Notes: a model not told the origin generated them from the letters alone. Positions 22,991-32,724 are shown, counted from the whole stretch's first letter. The stretch: DNA of 59,657 nt, filler included, from 5 parts of 5 records of this genome joined end to end with filler, not necessarily neighbours in it, one strand, 5' to 3'. Numbers and translations: made by a program.

Positions 22991-24114
22991 TGTTTTATAG
23001 CAGAGCATCAATCCATACTCCATTTTCTTTCAAAGAAAGATTTTTTAGCATAGATTTTACTTTATTATTTTCAGTTTTAATTTTAGGTGTAATTAGTATT
23101 TTTGCACAATTTTCATCAAGCGGTGGCAATTTTGATTATTTTGCCAAAAGCCACGCTATAAGGTTTGGAGTTTTCTTTATATTTTTCATTCTCATTTCTT
23201 TTATCAATATAAGATTCTGGAACGATTACAGTTTATTAATTTATGCAAGCTTAGTTATATTATTAATCTTAACAAAATTTTTTGGCGTTCAATCTCAAGG
23301 ATCAAGACGATGGTTAAATTTATTTGTTTTTAACTTGCAGCCGTCTGAAATAATGAAGATTGGAATAATATTATTCTTATCCAATTATTATCACAAGATA
23401 TCGACTAATGATGTTAACAAGTTAAAATATTTATTATTTCCTTTGTTCGCAATGACTATTCCTTTTCTATTAGTCGTTACTCAGCCAGATTTAGGAACAG
23501 CAATATTAATATTTTTTAGTGGAGCGATAATTACTTGGTTAGCTGGGGTTAGATGGAAAATATTTGCTTACTTAACTGGCTTGCTAATCATCTTAGCTCC
23601 TATAGCCATATCTTTCCTAAAACCTTACCAAAAAAGTAGAATCTTAACTTTTTTAAATCCAGATGTAGATCCACTTGGTGCAGGTTATCAAATCATTCAA
23701 TCTAAGATTGCCGTTGGCTCAGGCGGGTTAACAGGCAAAGGATTTTTAAATGGTTCGCAAGCTTACCTAAATTATTTACCTGAAAAACATACCGACTTTA
23801 TTTTTACATTATTTTCTGAAGAGTTTGGTTTTATGGGATCGGCTTTAATAATTTTATTATACGCAACAATCATTTACAGAATTACTCGCATTGGAATGTT
23901 AACGCGAAGTATTTTTGCAAAACTCTACTGTTTTGGTTTTGCTAGTGCTTTTTTTGTATTCGTTGCAGTTAATATGTCAATGGTGTTAGGGTTACTTCCT
24001 ATCGTTGGAGCTCCTTTGCCTATTCTTTCTTATGGCGGATCTTCAATGCTTGCCATTATGCTTGGTTTAGGAATTGCAATGTCTTGTAATATTTACAAAA
24101 ACACTACAATTTAA
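22990..24114 (+). CDS. rodA: SEDS peptidoglycan glycosyltransferase RodA
   Basis: LQPSE, QPDLGTA, LPEKHTDFIF, SYGGSS motifs; follows mrdA. Confidence 0.96.
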   Translation: MFYSRASIHTPFSFKERFFSIDFTLLFSVLILGVISIFAQFSSSGGNFDYFAKSHAIRFGVFFIFFILISFINIRFWNDYSLLIYASLVILLILTKFFGVQSQGSRRWLNLFVFNLQPSEIMKIGIILFLSNYYHKISTNDVNKLKYLLFPLFAMTIPFLLVVTQPDLGTAILIFFSGAIITWLAGVRWKIFAYLTGLLIILAPIAISFLKPYQKSRILTFLNPDVDPLGAGYQIIQSKIAVGSGGLTGKGFLNGSQAYLNYLPEKHTDFIFTLFSEEFGFMGSALIILLYATIIYRITRIGMLTRSIFAKLYCFGFASAFFVFVAVNMSMVLGLLPIVGAPLPILSYGGSSMLAIMLGLGIAMSCNIYKNTTI

Positions 24115-24196
24115 TAGTTTAATATAAGTTAAAAATATTAAAATAATTCTTGCCAAAAATCAGGATAACTGATTAAATTTTCAAAAATTAAATATT

Positions 24197-24622
24197 ATGT
24201 TTGGCGAAAATAAAGATAAGTTAATCAAGGTTGTTGTTGAAAAATCAACTATTGGTGGAGATTTTACCATTGAAGGATTAGTTAATTCAGCAGGTGAAGT
24301 AGAATTGGGTGGATCTATTAAAGGACCCGTAAATGTTAAAACTTTAATTATTAGAGAAAAAGGCTCAGTTATCGGAGAGGTAAATTGTGAAAATATTCAG
24401 GTAGATGGGTTTCTTGATGGAAAAATTTCAGCTCAATCTGTGAGCATAGGTTCAACTGGCGAAGTTGTTGGCGATATTGAATTTACGGATAACATAAAAG
24501 TTGAGGAGGGAGCTTCTTTAGATGGTCATATTAAAAAAGTTGCTCTAGTAAAAATTGAAAATAAAGTAACTAATTTTCTTAATACCACAAAAGAAGTTAG
24601 AAAAAGCTTACTTAAAAAGTAA
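24197..24622 (+). CDS. Bactofilin (polymer-forming cytoskeletal protein)
   Basis: Beta-helix repeats IEGLV/IKGPV/VIGEV/LDGKI/VVGDI and IKVEEGASLDG. Confidence 0.85.
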   Translation: MFGENKDKLIKVVVEKSTIGGDFTIEGLVNSAGEVELGGSIKGPVNVKTLIIREKGSVIGEVNCENIQVDGFLDGKISAQSVSIGSTGEVVGDIEFTDNIKVEEGASLDGHIKKVALVKIENKVTNFLNTTKEVRKSLLKK

Positions 24623-24684
24623 GTAAATCTATTTGCATAAAATACCACATTTAAGCTAAGTCAAATTTAGAGTATTCAATCCCT

Positions 24685-25932
24685 ATGAGTGAACAAAACT
24701 GTAAATCAGCAGGCATTATTGGTGCCGGTATCCAAGGCATTTGCATTGGTCTACAATTGTTAAAAAAAAATATTCCAGTAACAATTTTTGACAAAAACGA
24801 TCCTGCAAGAATGGCATCTTATGGAAATGCGGGACATTTTTCACCGTATGCTGTTTTGCAATTTAATAGACCAGATATTTTAGTGAATGTTCCAAAAATG
24901 CTTTTTAGTTCTTATGGGCCTTTAGCCCTAAAATGGAGTTATGTGCCAAAACTTTTACCTTGGATTTATAATTTTGTTAAAAATTGCAATACTAAATCTA
25001 TGTTACATACCGCAAAATACATGCATCAAATTTTAGATTTAGCTTTAGATGCTTATGATGAAGTTTTTAAGGAAATCGATACAACTGGATTAGTTGAAAG
25101 AAAAGGGATTATTTATATTTGGACTAAAGAAAATCTAAAAAGTAGAGAATTAGAAATCAAAGTAAGAAATGATTTAGGCGTTAAACAAACTTTAGTGACA
25201 AAATCTGAAATTTTAGATTTAGAACCTAATCTCCAACCTATTTTTGACTCTGGAGTTCTGTTTGATTATGCCTGGCATGCAAGGGACCCTCACGGCATAG
25301 CTAAAAAACTTTTTGATTTATTTATTGAAAGAGGTGGTAAATTTATTAAAGAAAATGTTGCACATGTAGAGCAAACTAAAGTTAATGAAACTTTAATAAA
25401 GACAGATAGTAAAGATTATAAGTTTGAAAAAATAGTTATCGCTTGTGGAGCTTTTTCAAAAAAATTAACTGATCAATTAGGAGAAGACATTCCTCTTGAT
25501 ACTGAGAGAGGTTATCACGTTCACTTTAAAGGCATGGATCATCTTTTAAATAGAGCGGTTATTAATTTAGACCGAGGTTTTGGTTTAACGCCAATGAACC
25601 AAGGATTAAGAGCAGTTGGCACAGTTGAGTTAGGTGGATTAGACAATCCACCTTCAAAGAAGAGAATTGATTATATTGTTCGATGCGCAAAAGAACTGTT
25701 GCCTCAGTTAGAAAATCATGATGATGAGTGGCTAGGCTTTAGACCAACTTTACCTGATTTTCTCCCTGTCATAGGACCCTCTTTAAAAAATAAGAATATT
25801 ATCTATGCTTTTGGCCATCATCATTTAGGCTGGACTTTAGGCGCTATTACTGGGAAAATTGTATCTGGAATAGTTGCAGGAGAAAAAACAAACTTAGATT
25901 TAACTCCTTACCATTCCTCAAGATTTAACTAG
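24685..25932 (+). CDS. FAD-dependent D-amino acid dehydrogenase (DadA-like)
   Basis: GAGIQG, ASYGNAG, ERGYH, WLGFRPTLPDFLPVIG, FGHHHLGWTLG. Confidence 0.85.
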   Translation: MSEQNCKSAGIIGAGIQGICIGLQLLKKNIPVTIFDKNDPARMASYGNAGHFSPYAVLQFNRPDILVNVPKMLFSSYGPLALKWSYVPKLLPWIYNFVKNCNTKSMLHTAKYMHQILDLALDAYDEVFKEIDTTGLVERKGIIYIWTKENLKSRELEIKVRNDLGVKQTLVTKSEILDLEPNLQPIFDSGVLFDYAWHARDPHGIAKKLFDLFIERGGKFIKENVAHVEQTKVNETLIKTDSKDYKFEKIVIACGAFSKKLTDQLGEDIPLDTERGYHVHFKGMDHLLNRAVINLDRGFGLTPMNQGLRAVGTVELGGLDNPPSKKRIDYIVRCAKELLPQLENHDDEWLGFRPTLPDFLPVIGPSLKNKNIIYAFGHHHLGWTLGAITGKIVSGIVAGEKTNLDLTPYHSSRFN

Positions 25933-25939
25933 GATATTT

Positions 25940-26830
25940 TTGTCAAAAAACGCTATAGCTTATACTTTATTAGTTGCAGCCACCTTTGTTTGGTCTGCCA
26001 ACTTTATTGTGGGAAAATTTGCAACTTTATTTCAGGTCCCACCTTTGTCTCTCAATTTTTATAGATGGACCATCGTGTGGATTTTACTGCTTCCTTTTAC
26101 ATATAAAGAAATCTTTTCAAAAATTGATGAAGTAAAAAAGAATATAGGCCTGTTCATCATCCTAGGAATTACTGGTGTAAGTATTTTTAACTCAGTTGTT
26201 TATTTTGCACTAAATTATACACAAGTTATTAATGCTTTATTAATGATATCTGTCATTCCAGTTACCGTAATTTTTTTGTCCTCGGTTATAAAAGTTGAAA
26301 AATTTAATTTCTTACAATTATTAGGCTTAATTGTTTCATTAGTTGGTGTAGTAACGATTATAACCAACGCTGATATAAACAAGATATTATCTTTAAGCTT
26401 TAACAAGGGTGATGTTTGGATGTTAGTAGCAGTTTTTTCTTGGGCTCTTTATTCAACCTTATTGAAAAAAAGAAATTTACCTTTTACGCAACTATCATTA
26501 TTACAAATCTTTGTAACCATAGGCTTGTTTTTCTTATTTCCTCAATTTGTAGGTGAGCAAATGGCCAGCAAAGAAATAACTTATAATAAAGCCTTCTTTT
26601 TAATTTTAACCTTTGTGGTTTTCTTCCCGTCTATGTTTGCTTTTTACGCTTGGCAGAAAGCAATTGAAATTATTGGACCTAACCGATCAAGTATATTTTT
26701 ACATTTAATGCCATTATTTGGAGCAATAATGGCAATCTTAATTTTTAAAGAAAAATTCGAGTTATATCATTTTATTGGTGCAGCTTTTATAATTTCAGGT
26801 ATTTATTTGTCTAACCAAAAAAAATCATGA
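25940..26830 (+). CDS. DMT (EamA) transporter
   Basis: Two EamA repeats (WSANFIVGK...; GDVWMLVAVFSWALYS); TTG start. Confidence 0.87.
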   Translation: MSKNAIAYTLLVAATFVWSANFIVGKFATLFQVPPLSLNFYRWTIVWILLLPFTYKEIFSKIDEVKKNIGLFIILGITGVSIFNSVVYFALNYTQVINALLMISVIPVTVIFLSSVIKVEKFNFLQLLGLIVSLVGVVTIITNADINKILSLSFNKGDVWMLVAVFSWALYSTLLKKRNLPFTQLSLLQIFVTIGLFFLFPQFVGEQMASKEITYNKAFFLILTFVVFFPSMFAFYAWQKAIEIIGPNRSSIFLHLMPLFGAIMAILIFKEKFELYHFIGAAFIISGIYLSNQKKS

Positions 26831-27777
26831 TTAAAATAGCTGTATTAGATGATTATCAAAATGCTTTTGAGCGAGTAATTGAAATTGATCAATATGCTGA
26901 CAAGTATGAGTTTCAAATCTTCAACGAACCTTTTGCAAGTGAAGCCGACGCTACGGTTGCGCTGCAAGAATTTGATGCTCTTTTTATAATGAGAGAAAGA
27001 ACACCGATGACTAGATCTTTGTTTGAGTCGCTTCCAAATTTAAAATATTTAATGACGAGTGGAATGAGAAATAAAGCTATTGATTTAGAAGCCGCTAAAA
27101 GCAAAAACATATTAGTTTGTGGCACAGAAATAAATTCAAACCCAACGGCTGAATTGGCTTGGACTTTAATATTAGGATTAGCAAGAAATGTTAAGCTAGA
27201 AATTGATGGAATGTTTCAAGGATATTGGCAATCAAGTATTGGATTAGAGTTAAAAGGAAAAATGTTAGGACTAATAGGTCTTGGTAAAATTGGATCTCAA
27301 ATGGCTAAAATAGGCCAAGCTTTTGGTATGCAAGTTGCTGCTTGGAGTGAAAATTTAGATTTAAGTCATGCAAATAAATTAGGTGTTCTACCAATGACAA
27401 AAGAGGATTTGTTATCTCATTCTGATTTTATCTCTATCCACGTTGTTTTAGGTGAACGATATATAAATTTAATTACAGAGAAAGAAATTAAACAAATGAA
27501 AAAAACAGCTTTTTTAATTAATACATCAAGAGGTCCAATTATTAATGAAGTAGATTTAATTAAAGCCTTAGAAGATGAAACAATTGCTGGAGCAGGATTA
27601 GATGTTTACGACAAAGAACCTTTACCACAAGATCATAAATTAAGATTTTTACCTAACGCACTTCTTTTGCCCCATCTTGGATACGTGACTGCAGAAAACT
27701 ATGCAATTTTCTACACTCAGATGATGGAAAGTTTAGACTCCTGTTTACAAGGAAAACCCCTTCGATTACTTTCTTAA
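26827..27777 (+). CDS. D-2-hydroxyacid dehydrogenase (SerA-like)
   Basis: GLGKIG, INTSRG, LDVYDKEP, PHLGY; LDDYQ...MRERT N-terminus. Confidence 0.9.
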   Translation: MIKIAVLDDYQNAFERVIEIDQYADKYEFQIFNEPFASEADATVALQEFDALFIMRERTPMTRSLFESLPNLKYLMTSGMRNKAIDLEAAKSKNILVCGTEINSNPTAELAWTLILGLARNVKLEIDGMFQGYWQSSIGLELKGKMLGLIGLGKIGSQMAKIGQAFGMQVAAWSENLDLSHANKLGVLPMTKEDLLSHSDFISIHVVLGERYINLITEKEIKQMKKTAFLINTSRGPIINEVDLIKALEDETIAGAGLDVYDKEPLPQDHKLRFLPNALLLPHLGYVTAENYAIFYTQMMESLDSCLQGKPLRLLS

Positions 27778-27893
27778 GGGTTACTTTATCTTAATCAGCT
27801 TGATATAAAGAATCAGTTAAAGAGGTTTGTATTTTTTATTTATAGTTTAATTAAGTTTTAGGTAATTAACCGCGAACTAAGAAAATTTGTTTT

Positions 27894-28322
27894 ATGAAAA
27901 AATTATCTATTTTAGTTTTTACTTTTCTATTTCTTACCGGATGTTATCAATCTATGGCACTACTTGGTCCAGCCACTGGAGCTGCAAATGGAAAAGTTGT
28001 TCAATCCTCACTTCAGTCAGCTGCTAGTTATGGCATAAAAAAACAAACGGGTAAGTCTCCCTTTGAACATATAGTAGCTTATTCAGAACAAAAAGATTTA
28101 GAAAATTGTGGAGAAGAGAATAAACAAACTAAAAAATGCCTAAACTTAAATGAAAAATTATTATCAGCTCAATCATTAGTTGAGCAAAAAGATCAAATTA
28201 TTTCAGAAATTAAAACGGAGTCTAAAGAAGTTATACAAGAAAAAGCAAAATCAGCTAGAGAGCTAGCTATTTCTGTTCAAGCAGCGATTATAGAAAAATC
28301 AAAAATTAAATATCTAGATTAA
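27894..28322 (+). CDS. Putative lipoprotein, unknown function
   Basis: MKK-hydrophobic-LTGC lipobox. Confidence 0.7.
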   Translation: MKKLSILVFTFLFLTGCYQSMALLGPATGAANGKVVQSSLQSAASYGIKKQTGKSPFEHIVAYSEQKDLENCGEENKQTKKCLNLNEKLLSAQSLVEQKDQIISEIKTESKEVIQEKAKSARELAISVQAAIIEKSKIKYLD

Positions 28323-28705
28323 CTCGAAGGCAAGTTTTCATTTTTCCAGCCTTGGTCTTCACCATTACCTTCAAAACCATCACTTATATTAATACAGTTA
28401 AATCCTTCTTGTGATAATAATTGAGCTGCCATCATAGATCTTGCACCCGATCTACAAATGATTAACAAATCTTTTTTTATGTCAGCTTTATTTTTTACTT
28501 CAGCAACAAATCCTTTATTAGCCTCTGGGTCTGGTGATCTTTGGATAGTTATAAAATGTGTCTTGATACCTAGCGCTTCACCATTAGGTTTTCCAATTTG
28601 ATCCCATTCCTCTTTGGTTCTGACATCTAAAAGTTCGATATTTTTATTATTATTTAAAAAAGATTTAATGTCCTTACTAGGTAAATTTCTTATTTGTTTA
28701 GACAT
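28319..28705 (-). CDS. Single-domain rhodanese/sulfurtransferase
   Basis: LLDVRTKEEW, active-site CRSGARS, GFEG...GW. Likely ATG at 28705, 1 nt after the metE stop. Confidence 0.88.
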   Translation of the reverse strand: MSKQIRNLPSKDIKSFLNNNKNIELLDVRTKEEWDQIGKPNGEALGIKTHFITIQRSPDPEANKGFVAEVKNKADIKKDLLIICRSGARSMMAAQLLSQEGFNCINISDGFEGNGEDQGWKNENLPSS

Positions 28706-28706
28706 T

Positions 28707-30965
28707 TTAAATTTTTCTAAGTTCTTTTGCTGCCAAAACCATTTTAGATAAAGCATCTATAGTTTCAGGCCATGCACGAGTTTTTAATCCACAATCAGGG
28801 TTAACCCATATTCTAGTTGGATCAATTAATTTTGATGCTTTCTGAATTAGCTGTTTCATTTCATCCGTTGAAGGTACTCGGGGTGAATGAATGTCATAAA
28901 CACCTGGTCCAATTTCATTTGGATATTTAAATTTTTCAAAAGTGGTTAAAAGTTCCATTCTTGATCGAGATGTTTCAATGGAAATTACATCCGCATCTAA
29001 CGCAGCAATAGAATCGATTATGTCCTCAAATTCTGCGTAACACATATGTGTATGAATTTGAGTTTCATTTTTAACTACAGCTGCAGAAATTTTAAAACAA
29101 TCTACTGACCAATTTAGATACTCTTTCCAATCTTTTCGTTTTAGTGGCAAACCTTCTCTTAAAGCAGGTTCATCAATTTGAATCATCCGGATACCATTTT
29201 TTTCTAAATCTTCCACCTCATCACGAATAGCAAAACCTATTTCTTGTGCTGTATATTTTCTTGGTTGATCATCTCTAACAAAAGACCATTGTAAAATGGT
29301 AATAGGGCCTGTTAACATTCCTTTAACAATTTGCTTTGTTTGTTCTTGGGCAAATTTTGACCATCTCACTGTCATAGGATTTGGCCTAGATACATTTCCA
29401 AAAATAATTGGTGGCTTAACGCAACGAGAACCATAACTTTGTACAAATCCACTAGATGTAAAAGTAAATCCATTTAATTGTTCACCAAAGTACTCAACCA
29501 TATCATTTCTTTCAAACTCACCATGTACGATTACGTCAATACCCATCTCTTCTTGTTTTCTAATCGCGTCTATTGTTTTATCTTCTAGGAATTTGTTATA
29601 ACTTTTCTCATCAAGCTCGCCTCGTTTAAATTTTGCACGTGCTTGCCTTACATCAGTAGTTTGAGGGAAAGAACCAATTGTTGTTGTTGGAAACTTTGGT
29701 AAACCAAAAATACCCTTTTGTATTTTTGCTCTTTCTACATAACTAGATTTCCTCTCAGTTATTGATTTATTAATAGTTTTTATTCTATCTTTGACTTTAT
29801 CATCATGAATCAGTTTAGAAGTTTTTCTATCCTGAACATCTGCTGTATTTTTATTAAGTTCTTCTTGATGAGAGTTATTATCTATTACATTTTTAATAAC
29901 ATTTAACTCTTGTAGCTTTTGTTTTGAAAAAGATAGCCATCTTTTTATTTCAGCAGGAACTTTTTGCTCTAAATCTAAATCGTAAGGGGTATGCAAGAGA
30001 GGGCAAGATGATGCAATGATAACATCATTAGAAATATTACTCTTAATGAATCCAATTTTTTCTTGTAAATTTGACTTCCAAACATTTCTTCCATCAACCA
30101 CGCCCAAAGATAATTGTTTATTTGAGTTTTTAACGTAGTTTTTATTTTTTGTTCCTCGGACTAGATCTAAATGAATAGCATCTACATTACTTGCAAATAC
30201 TTCTTTTTTAATATCTTCATTTAAGTCTTCAAAGTAAGTTGCAACTAAGATCTTACTTTTGCCAGCTGCAACCTTAAGTTCATTTAAGGTATTTTTGATT
30301 TGAGATACGACATCTGTATCTAAATCTTTAACCAAGATAGGCTCATCTATTTGTATCCATTCCGCGCCAAGCTCAGAAAATTTTTTAATAACATCCTTGT
30401 AAACAGGTAATATTTTACTTAACAAATTAATCGTTTTATTTCCGTCTATACCTTTAGCTAATAATAAAAATGATAACGGACCTAAAATAATTGGCTTTGT
30501 ATTATATCCAGCAGCTTTTGCTTCTTCATATTCTGCAAAGGGCTTATTAGAACTTAACTTAAAATTTTGGTCTTTTGATAATTCTGGAACTAGATAATGG
30601 TAATTTGTATCAAACCATTTAGTCATTTCTAAAGCCGGCACATCTAATTCAGCTGTTTGTGAACCACGAGCCATAGCAAAATAGGTCTTAAGATTTACTT
30701 CATTACCATCCCATTTGTATCTTTTAGGTACTGCACCTAATAAGCAAATAGCATCGAGCACATGATCGTAAAAAGAAAAATCATTTGAAGAAATTAAATC
30801 AACACCATTATCCTTTTGCGTCTGCCAATTTTTTTTTCTTAAATCTTTAGCAACATTCTGTAATTCATTTTCTTGGATTTCACCTTTCCAAAATTGTTCT
30901 AAAGCTTTTTTTAATTCTCTTTTAGGTCCTATTCGTGGGTAACCAATGGTTGCTACTTTAATCAT
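28707..30965 (-). CDS. metE: Cobalamin-independent methionine synthase
   Basis: Full-length two-barrel protein: GYPRIGPKRELK, MTKWFDTNYHY, TTTIGSFPQT, zinc ligands HTHMC, ISIE and NPDCGLKTR. Confidence 0.97.
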   Translation of the reverse strand: MIKVATIGYPRIGPKRELKKALEQFWKGEIQENELQNVAKDLRKKNWQTQKDNGVDLISSNDFSFYDHVLDAICLLGAVPKRYKWDGNEVNLKTYFAMARGSQTAELDVPALEMTKWFDTNYHYLVPELSKDQNFKLSSNKPFAEYEEAKAAGYNTKPIILGPLSFLLLAKGIDGNKTINLLSKILPVYKDVIKKFSELGAEWIQIDEPILVKDLDTDVVSQIKNTLNELKVAAGKSKILVATYFEDLNEDIKKEVFASNVDAIHLDLVRGTKNKNYVKNSNKQLSLGVVDGRNVWKSNLQEKIGFIKSNISNDVIIASSCPLLHTPYDLDLEQKVPAEIKRWLSFSKQKLQELNVIKNVIDNNSHQEELNKNTADVQDRKTSKLIHDDKVKDRIKTINKSITERKSSYVERAKIQKGIFGLPKFPTTTIGSFPQTTDVRQARAKFKRGELDEKSYNKFLEDKTIDAIRKQEEMGIDVIVHGEFERNDMVEYFGEQLNGFTFTSSGFVQSYGSRCVKPPIIFGNVSRPNPMTVRWSKFAQEQTKQIVKGMLTGPITILQWSFVRDDQPRKYTAQEIGFAIRDEVEDLEKNGIRMIQIDEPALREGLPLKRKDWKEYLNWSVDCFKISAAVVKNETQIHTHMCYAEFEDIIDSIAALDADVISIETSRSRMELLTTFEKFKYPNEIGPGVYDIHSPRVPSTDEMKQLIQKASKLIDPTRIWVNPDCGLKTRAWPETIDALSKMVLAAKELRKI

Positions 30966-30983
30966 TTATCTTCCTTTTTTTAA

Positions 30984-31385
30984 TTAATCTTTATGATGTT
31001 GCCAAAGCTTATCTGTTCCACCAAAGTGGCCCCAGTCACTATCAGCTTTCATTGTACTACTAATTCCACCTCTTGGACGAAATTGTATCTCTAGCCTTAA
31101 CCTGAAAGGTTTGTAAGCTTCGATCAAGTGTTTATACATTACATCGATCGCACGCTCATAACTTATGATCGTATCTCGATATTGTAATAAGTATTCTTTT
31201 AAACTTTTTAATTCGACAGTTGATTTTTCACCATGAAACCAAATTTTAATGTGCCCAAAATCAGGTTGGTTATGTACTCCCATAAAAGTAAATTCAGGAA
31301 TATCAATATATTGTTCATATCCACTAGCAGGATTAGGTATGGACTTTAAAAGTTTACCGTCAATTTTGTCCCAAAGTTTTTTCAT
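30984..31385 (-). CDS. QueF-like T-fold protein lacking the catalytic cysteine
   Basis: PEFT..., QPDFG, QueF motif ELKSLKEY and PRGGIS are present, but PEFTFMGVH replaces PEFTxLCP; the protein has no Cys at all. Confidence 0.85.
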   Translation of the reverse strand: MKKLWDKIDGKLLKSIPNPASGYEQYIDIPEFTFMGVHNQPDFGHIKIWFHGEKSTVELKSLKEYLLQYRDTIISYERAIDVMYKHLIEAYKPFRLRLEIQFRPRGGISSTMKADSDWGHFGGTDKLWQHHKD

Positions 31386-31397
31386 ATGAATTTTTTA

Positions 31398-31428
31398 TTA
31401 CCCCACTAAAAAATTTTTAGTGGGGTAA
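31398..31428. repeat. Perfect 15-bp inverted repeat between metY and the QueF-like gene
   Basis: TTACCCCACTAAAAA-A-TTTTTAGTGGGGTAA; followed by A-rich, not U-rich, sequence on the coding (minus) strand. Confidence 0.85.
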
Positions 31429-31434
31429 ATCTCT

Positions 31435-32724
31435 TTATGCTAATGCCTGTTTAATGTCAGCAATAATATCATCGGGATGTTCAATACCAATTGATAGTCT
31501 AACATATCCAAGAGTTACCCCAGCAGCTAACTGCTCTTCAGGCGAAAGTTGACTGTGAGTAGTCGAGGCTGGATGAATAGCTAAACTTCTTGCGTCACCA
31601 ATGTTTGCAACATGGTAAAGCATTTTAAGTTTATCTATAAATTTAGCACCGGCTTCAACTGTACCTAAGTCAATACCAACAAGAGCGCCATCACCACCCT
31701 TTAGATATTTTTTTGCACGAGCTAAAATTTCTCCATCATAGTTTGTTGAATAAATAACTTTCTTCACACTTTTGTGAGATTTTAAAAACTCAACAACTTT
31801 TGCTGCATTATTGTTATGTTGTTTCATTCTAAGCGCTAATGTTTCAAGCCCTTGGATGATCTGGAAAGCATTAAATGGACTTAATGGAGCCCCCAAGTCT
31901 CTAAGCACTACAACTCTTGCTCTGATGACAAAAGGAATGTTTGCTCCAGTTAATACCGGAACAGCATCTGCCCATACAGCACCACCATAACTTTGATCAG
32001 GTTCATTAAGTAATGGTTGTCTTTTTCTATCTTTAATCCAATCAAAGTTTCCACCATCAACTATAATTCCACCAATGGAAGTACCGTGACCACCAATGTA
32101 TTTAGTCAGTGAATGCATTACTATTGCAGCACCATGTTCTAAAGGCTTACAAATAATTGGTGCAGCAGTATTATCCATAATTAATGGAATTCCTTTTTTT
32201 CTACCAATATCTGAAACTTCTTTAATTGGAAAAACTCTCAAATATGGATTTGGAAGCGTCTCTCCATAGTAAGCTCGAGTTTTATCATCAGTTAACTTTT
32301 CAAAGTTTTTTGGATCAGCAGGATCTGCAAATCTAACTTCAATACCTTGTTGTCTTAGAGTATTTTTAAATAAATTTACTGTTCCACCGTACAAGTCAGT
32401 TGAAGCAACAATGTTATCACCAGCTTGTGCTAAGTTTTGGATACAATACGCAGAAGCAGCTTGTCCTGAACCTACTGCTAAAGCAGCAACACCACCTTCT
32501 AAAGCAGCTACTCTTTTTTCAAGAACGTCTACTGTTGGATTCATAATCCGCGTATAAATATTACCAAATTCTTTTAAACCAAATAAATTTGCAGCATGTT
32601 CTGCATTTTTAAATTGGTAAGAGGTAGTCTGGTAAATAGGTACCGCTACTGATGTTGTTGCTGGGTCTGCTCTGTAATCAGATCCATGCAATCCTATTGT
32701 TTCCGGATGTTTTAAATCAGCCAT
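31435..32724 (-). CDS. metY: O-acetylhomoserine aminocarboxypropyltransferase (sulfhydrylase)
   Basis: PIYQTTSY, YTRIMNPT, PLP lysine HSLTKYIGGHG, ANIGDARSL, RLSIGIE. Confidence 0.95.
   Translation of the reverse strand: MADLKHPETIGLHGSDYRADPATTSVAVPIYQTTSYQFKNAEHAANLFGLKEFGNIYTRIMNPTVDVLEKRVAALEGGVAALAVGSGQAASAYCIQNLAQAGDNIVASTDLYGGTVNLFKNTLRQQGIEVRFADPADPKNFEKLTDDKTRAYYGETLPNPYLRVFPIKEVSDIGRKKGIPLIMDNTAAPIICKPLEHGAAIVMHSLTKYIGGHGTSIGGIIVDGGNFDWIKDRKRQPLLNEPDQSYGGAVWADAVPVLTGANIPFVIRARVVVLRDLGAPLSPFNAFQIIQGLETLALRMKQHNNNAAKVVEFLKSHKSVKKVIYSTNYDGEILARAKKYLKGGDGALVGIDLGTVEAGAKFIDKLKMLYHVANIGDARSLAIHPASTTHSQLSPEEQLAAGVTLGYVRLSIGIEHPDDIIADIKQALA

Noticed and set aside
24112-24196. TTAA clusters upstream of bactofilin as CtrA boxes
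   Set aside because: No exact TTAA-N7-TTAA spacing found; AT-rich background.
28706-28756. N-terminal extension of the rhodanese ORF (MLYLKWFWQQ...)
   Set aside because: Overlaps the metE 3' end; the ATG at 28705 right after the metE stop is the more plausible start.
30984-31385. Calling this gene queF or folE
   Set aside because: It lacks the QueF catalytic Cys and the Cys/His zinc ligands of GTP cyclohydrolase I, and there is no queuosine gene context.
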